This document shows, piece by piece, positions 59,600 to 64,000 of a DNA stretch of 64,000 nucleotides. How positions within the stretch are numbered: position 1 is the first letter of the stretch; every line of letters starts with the position of its first letter. The DNA is from Camelus ferus (taxonomy: Eukaryota). Under the pieces are notes generated by a model, which worked only from the letters and a program-made list of their open reading frames with translations, did not search any database and was not told where the DNA came from. The position numbers and the translations under genes were made by a program. The stretch spans positions 67,334,001 through 67,398,000 of the forward strand of contig NC_045696.1 of assembly GCF_009834535.1 (NCBI RefSeq), given 5' to 3'.

Positions 59600-62500
59600 A
59601 AGAAAACTGGAACTCCCAATTCTACCCATCAGTAACGAGGAGACCATTAACTGTGTGTCAATGGAGACCAAGTTCAGAACTCCACGTGGCAGTAACAATA
59701 CAGTATCCTCCCCTCCTCCTGCCTAAGTGGAGTCATAAAAAGAAAGCTAAAACAGAATGTTTGAGTAAGATCCAGTTTCTCATAACACAGTACCAAAGTG
59801 TCCAAGTTTCAGTTTTAAAAAACAAACAAACATTTATGCCAAGTAACAAGAAGATCTCAAATTGAATGAAAGAAGAAAATCAATAGATGCCAACCCTGAG
59901 ACGACAGTGACGTTAGAATTATCTGACAAATATTGTAAAGCAGCCATCATGAAAATGCCTCAGTGAACAATTATAAACACAGTTCAAGCATATGGCAAAA
60001 TAGAAAGGGCCAGCAAAAAGTAGAAGGTCTAGGTAAGAAATAGAAAATACAAAAAAAAATTAAAATGTTATAACTTACAAATATAATAACTGAAATGAAA
60101 ACCTCAATAGATGAATTCAATAGAAAAATGGAGGGGACAGATTAATTAGTGAACTTTAACTACAGCAGAAATTACCTAACTAAATGAAAGAGAAAAATAG
60201 ACCTAGAAAAAATGAGCAAAGCCTCAAGTCCCTGTGGGAATATAACAATAGTTCTAACATTCGTGTAATTGGAGTTCTATAAGAAAAAGAGGAAAAGGAT
60301 GAGGTGAAAATATACTTCACGAATTAATGCCTAAAAACTTCCCAGATTTTTCAAAGAAAATGAAAAAACACAAAAACCACATATAAACCTTCAGATTCAA
60401 GAAGCTGAGCAAACCCAAAGGGGAAAAACCCAAAGACATTCACAAGACATATTATGGTCAAAGCTATGAAAATTGAAGACAAAGGAAAAATATAAGCAGC
60501 AGAAGAGAAACAAAACAATCCTCTATGAAAAATACCATTCAAGTTACAGTGGATTTCTCAGAGGAAATCACAGAAGCCAGAGGAAGTTGCACAACATTTT
60601 TCAACTGCTTAAAGAAAAGAACTGTCAATCCAGAATCCAATGTCCAGTGAAAATATCTTTCAAAAGTGAAAGAGGAATCAAGACATTCTCAGAAACAGGA
60701 AAATTAAGAAAATTTGAAATCAGAAAACCTACCATAACAGAATGGCTATGGAAGTTCTCTAAACAGAAAAGAAATGATAACAGAAGGAATCTTGGGATAT
60801 CAGGAAGGAAGAAAGTACATGGTAAGCATGTATGTTTTGAATTTCTTTACTTATTTGTTTGTTTGTTTGTTTATAGTTAAATAAAAATAGATTTTCCCTC
60901 TTTTTTCTATATTATTCTTGTTTCCTAAATTGTTTTTGACAATTGAAACAAAAATCATAACACTGTGTGATGTGGATCTAAAGGTATGTAGAGAAAATAT
61001 TTAAGAAAGTTATATTTGAAGTGGGGGAAGGTTAAGAATTATAAAGGGAGGTAAGGTTTGTATATGTCACTCAGCCTGGTAAAATGCCACCAGTAAACAG
61101 TGATAAGTTATCTATATATAATATAAAGCCTGGAGCAACCACTAAAACAGCTATACAAACAGAAAACATTCAAAAAAAGCTCTAGAAAAACCCATATGAA
61201 ATTCTAAGAAACTTTCAACTAACCCAGAGGAGATCAGGAAAAGCAAAAACAGAAACAAAAAATGGACTAAACAGATAAAAATAGCAATCTTAATCTTAGG
61301 ATATCAATAATTATAGTAAATGTAAATGGGCTAAATATATTAATAAAAGGTAAAGATTGAAAGAGAAGAAGCAAATAATAAAGTGATATGAATCATGCTA
61401 CCTGATATTAAGTCTTAGTATATACCTTCAGTAATCAATTCAGTTTGGTACTGATGGAGGAATAGACACATAGATCAAAGGAATTAAATAGAGAACCAAG
61501 AATTAGATTCACAGAAATATGCCCAACTGATTTTTGACAAAGATGCAAAAGAAATTCGATGAAGGAAAAAACACTTTTCAACATAGAATGCTGAAGTAAT
61601 TGGACACCTACAAACAAAATAAAATAAACTTCAATATAATCCTCACATCTTATATAGAAATTAACTCAAATGGATGATGGACTTAAATGTAAACTAGAAA
61701 ACTACAAAACTTTTATTTTAAAAATATAGGAAAAAGTCTTTGATATCTTGGGCTAGACAAGAATTCTCATAATTGATACTAAAAGCATGGTGCATAATGG
61801 GAAACAAATGAAAAAGTAGACTTCCTCAAAATTAAACTCTTACTCCAGGGAAGACTCTATTTAGGCTATTATAGGACAAGCTACAGACTGGGAAAAAATA
61901 TTCACAAACCACATACACCACAAAGGACTATTATCTATGGTATATAAAAACTCTCACAACTCAACAGTAAAAACAAACAACAAAGCATATGAAAGATGTC
62001 CACCGTCATTTGCCAAGAAATGCAAATAATACCATAATGAGATATCACCACACACCTATCAGAATGGCTTAAATAAAAAGCAGTGACCACACCAAATGCT
62101 GGTGAAGCAAGCTGCAGAGAAACTGGTTCCTTCATGTGTTGCTGGTGGACTGTAAAATGCCACAGCCACTCTAGAAACAGCTTGTCTATTTCTTTCAAAA
62201 CTAAACATGCAGTTAACCATACAAACCAGCAATCGCACTCCCGGGCATTTATCCCAAAGAGATGTAGACTTGTATTCATTCAAAACCTTACACACAAATG
62301 TTTATGGCACTGTATTCATTTCTAGTGCTGCCATAACAAAGTACCACAAATTAGGTGGCCTTAACAACGAAAATTTATTGTCTCACTGTTTGGGAGGCAG
62401 AAATCCAAGATCAAGGTGTCAACAGGGTTGCTTCCTTCTGAGGGTTGTGAGAGAGACTGTTCCATGACTCCTTCCTAGCTTCTGGTGGTTTGCTGGCAAT

Positions 62501-63230
62501 TCTTGGTGTTTCTTGACTTGTTGAAGCATCACCATAACCTCTAGCTTCATTTTCACATGGTGTTCTCTCTGTGTGCATGCCTATCTCCAAATTTACCTTT
62601 TTACAAGAACACCAGTCATACTGGATCATGACCTAGCCTAATGATCAGTTATATTCTGAGGTACTGGGCATTAGGACATGAATATATGGATTCTGGGGAG
62701 ATATAATTCAATTCATAACAAGCACCTTTATTTGTGATATCTCATAACTGGAAACAACCCTGATGTCTTTCAATAGGTAAATATTTAAACAAACTGGTAC
62801 ATCCATACCATGGAATATTACTGAGCAGTGAAAGGGGAAACTATAGATACAGGCAGCAACTTGGGTGAGTCTCCAGAAAATTAAACTAAATGAAAAAAAA
62901 ACAACCCCCAAAAGTTACATACGATACAATTCCATTTATATAACATCCTCAGAATTACAAAATTGTAGAAATAGGGAGCAGATTAATGACTGTCAGGAGG
63001 TGAGGGGGCAAGAGAGAAGTGTGTATGGCTAAAAGGGGAACAAGAGGGATCCTTGTGAGAATGGAATGTTCTGTATCTTGACTCAAAAACGTCAAAAGCC
63101 TGGTTGTAATATTATACTACAGTTTTGCAAGATGTTATCCATAGAAATTGGGTAAAGGGTATATGGGATCTTGCTGTATTTTTTACAAATGCATGTCAAT
63201 TTTAAATTATCTCAAAATAAATTTTTAAAT
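59600..63230 (+). mobile_element. Old L1MC/MD-like element (5' region, ORF1, partial ORF2, 3' UTR), interrupted by an MLT1
   Basis: ORF1-like peptide 'IFQLLKEKNCQSRIQCPVKISFKSERGIKTFSETGKLRKF' (ORF 60473-60880). ORF2 C-terminal remnants at about 61400-62300. 3' end 'ggaatgttctgtatcttgact...ggttgtaatattatactacagttttgcaagatgtta...gggtaaagggtatatgggatct'. Confidence 0.88.
62311..62720 (-). mobile_element. MaLR solo LTR, MLT1C-like, with 5-bp TSD
   Basis: TG...CA termini. 'gctgccataacaaagtaccacaaattaggtggccttaacaac...tccaagatcaaggtgtcaacagggttg'. Flanks ggcac (62306-62310) and agcac (62721-62725). Confidence 0.9.
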
Positions 63231-64000
63231 AAATATATAACATTTTTTAAGTTTATTCTGTTTTTCTCATATTGCAGTAATCATATGTGATAAAAGCTAA
63301 AGATTTAGAAGATAAAGAATAATAAATGTAGAAACATTTAAAGTCATGCATAGTACAGGTAAGGTTGAACCACTATTTCTAAAAAGTAATGATGTTACAA
63401 TTCATATGTAACCTAGGTGACACCTGGGATCACCCTGCCCCTTAAAGTGTGCATAAGCTTGAGTAAATACATCCTTACTCTCATGCCCTTTGCAGTGTTC
63501 TATAAAAATTGAAAGTCTCCCCCAGATTTCTGTTCTTGCCTGGAGGTAGGAGCAGAAAGTGATTCAAGCTCACAGATGCCTGTGTTTCAAAGTCCTGGTT
63601 TGACTGAATCAGTTCGACCTGTGGTCATCTACCAATTCTGCTCATGGCATATCCAATGTGTTGCAGCCCAGCCTCTTCTTTAAAACTCTATGCTCTTGAG
63701 ATAGATGTGTGCTTAGTATGTTTTATTAATGATCAAGTGAAGGTGGCTACAGAGAGAATGACATGACACCAATAAAAATACATTAAAACTGAACACCAGG
63801 CTTCTTTGCTCTAGAAAGCCTTTGATTCTCCCACACCTGTGTATTGTCACCAAAAGTGTGTCTCAGTCCACTTTTCTCCCAAGATCTTCAGCTATATGCT
63901 ACCTTCTAACATCTTATCTTTTTCCTCTTACTCCTCCACTTTTCTCCCCACATCCCCAAATTCCTGTTCATCACTCATTCAAAGAAGTTTCACCTTCTTA

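Noticed and set aside
1..64000. CRISPR arrays, operons or other prokaryotic systems
   Set aside because: No regularly spaced repeat-spacer array and no gene-dense region; the sequence is clearly mammalian and repeat-rich.

Overview
This is mammalian non-genic or intronic DNA, AT-rich and dense in repeats. It is most likely camelid (camel, alpaca or llama), based on a tRNA-Ala-derived Vic-1-type SINE at about 14.6-14.76 kb. I could not recognise any intact protein-coding gene, RNA gene or CRISPR array. Most ORFs in the track are L1 or LTR fragments, their antisense frames, or chance ORFs. The well-supported content is: four young 5'-truncated L1 insertions with visible or probable target-site duplications (TSDs), several old L1M relics, L2/L3/MIR fragments, ERVL and MaLR solo LTRs, hAT MITEs, and a 5'-truncated RPL23A processed pseudogene inserted into a MIR. 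The best unexplained signals lie in unique sequence. One is a set of exon-like + strand segments with splice sites and a few in-frame stops (best at 3238-3453), possibly a decayed gene or lncRNA. The others are a GC/CpG-enriched cluster at 23-27 kb (co-oriented CTCF-like motifs, an NF-kB site, an inverted GATA pair and a hairpin) and two G-quadruplex motifs. Repeat family names come from my recall of consensus sequences, not from a search, and old-repeat boundaries are approximate. I see no convincing evidence of a new biological system.
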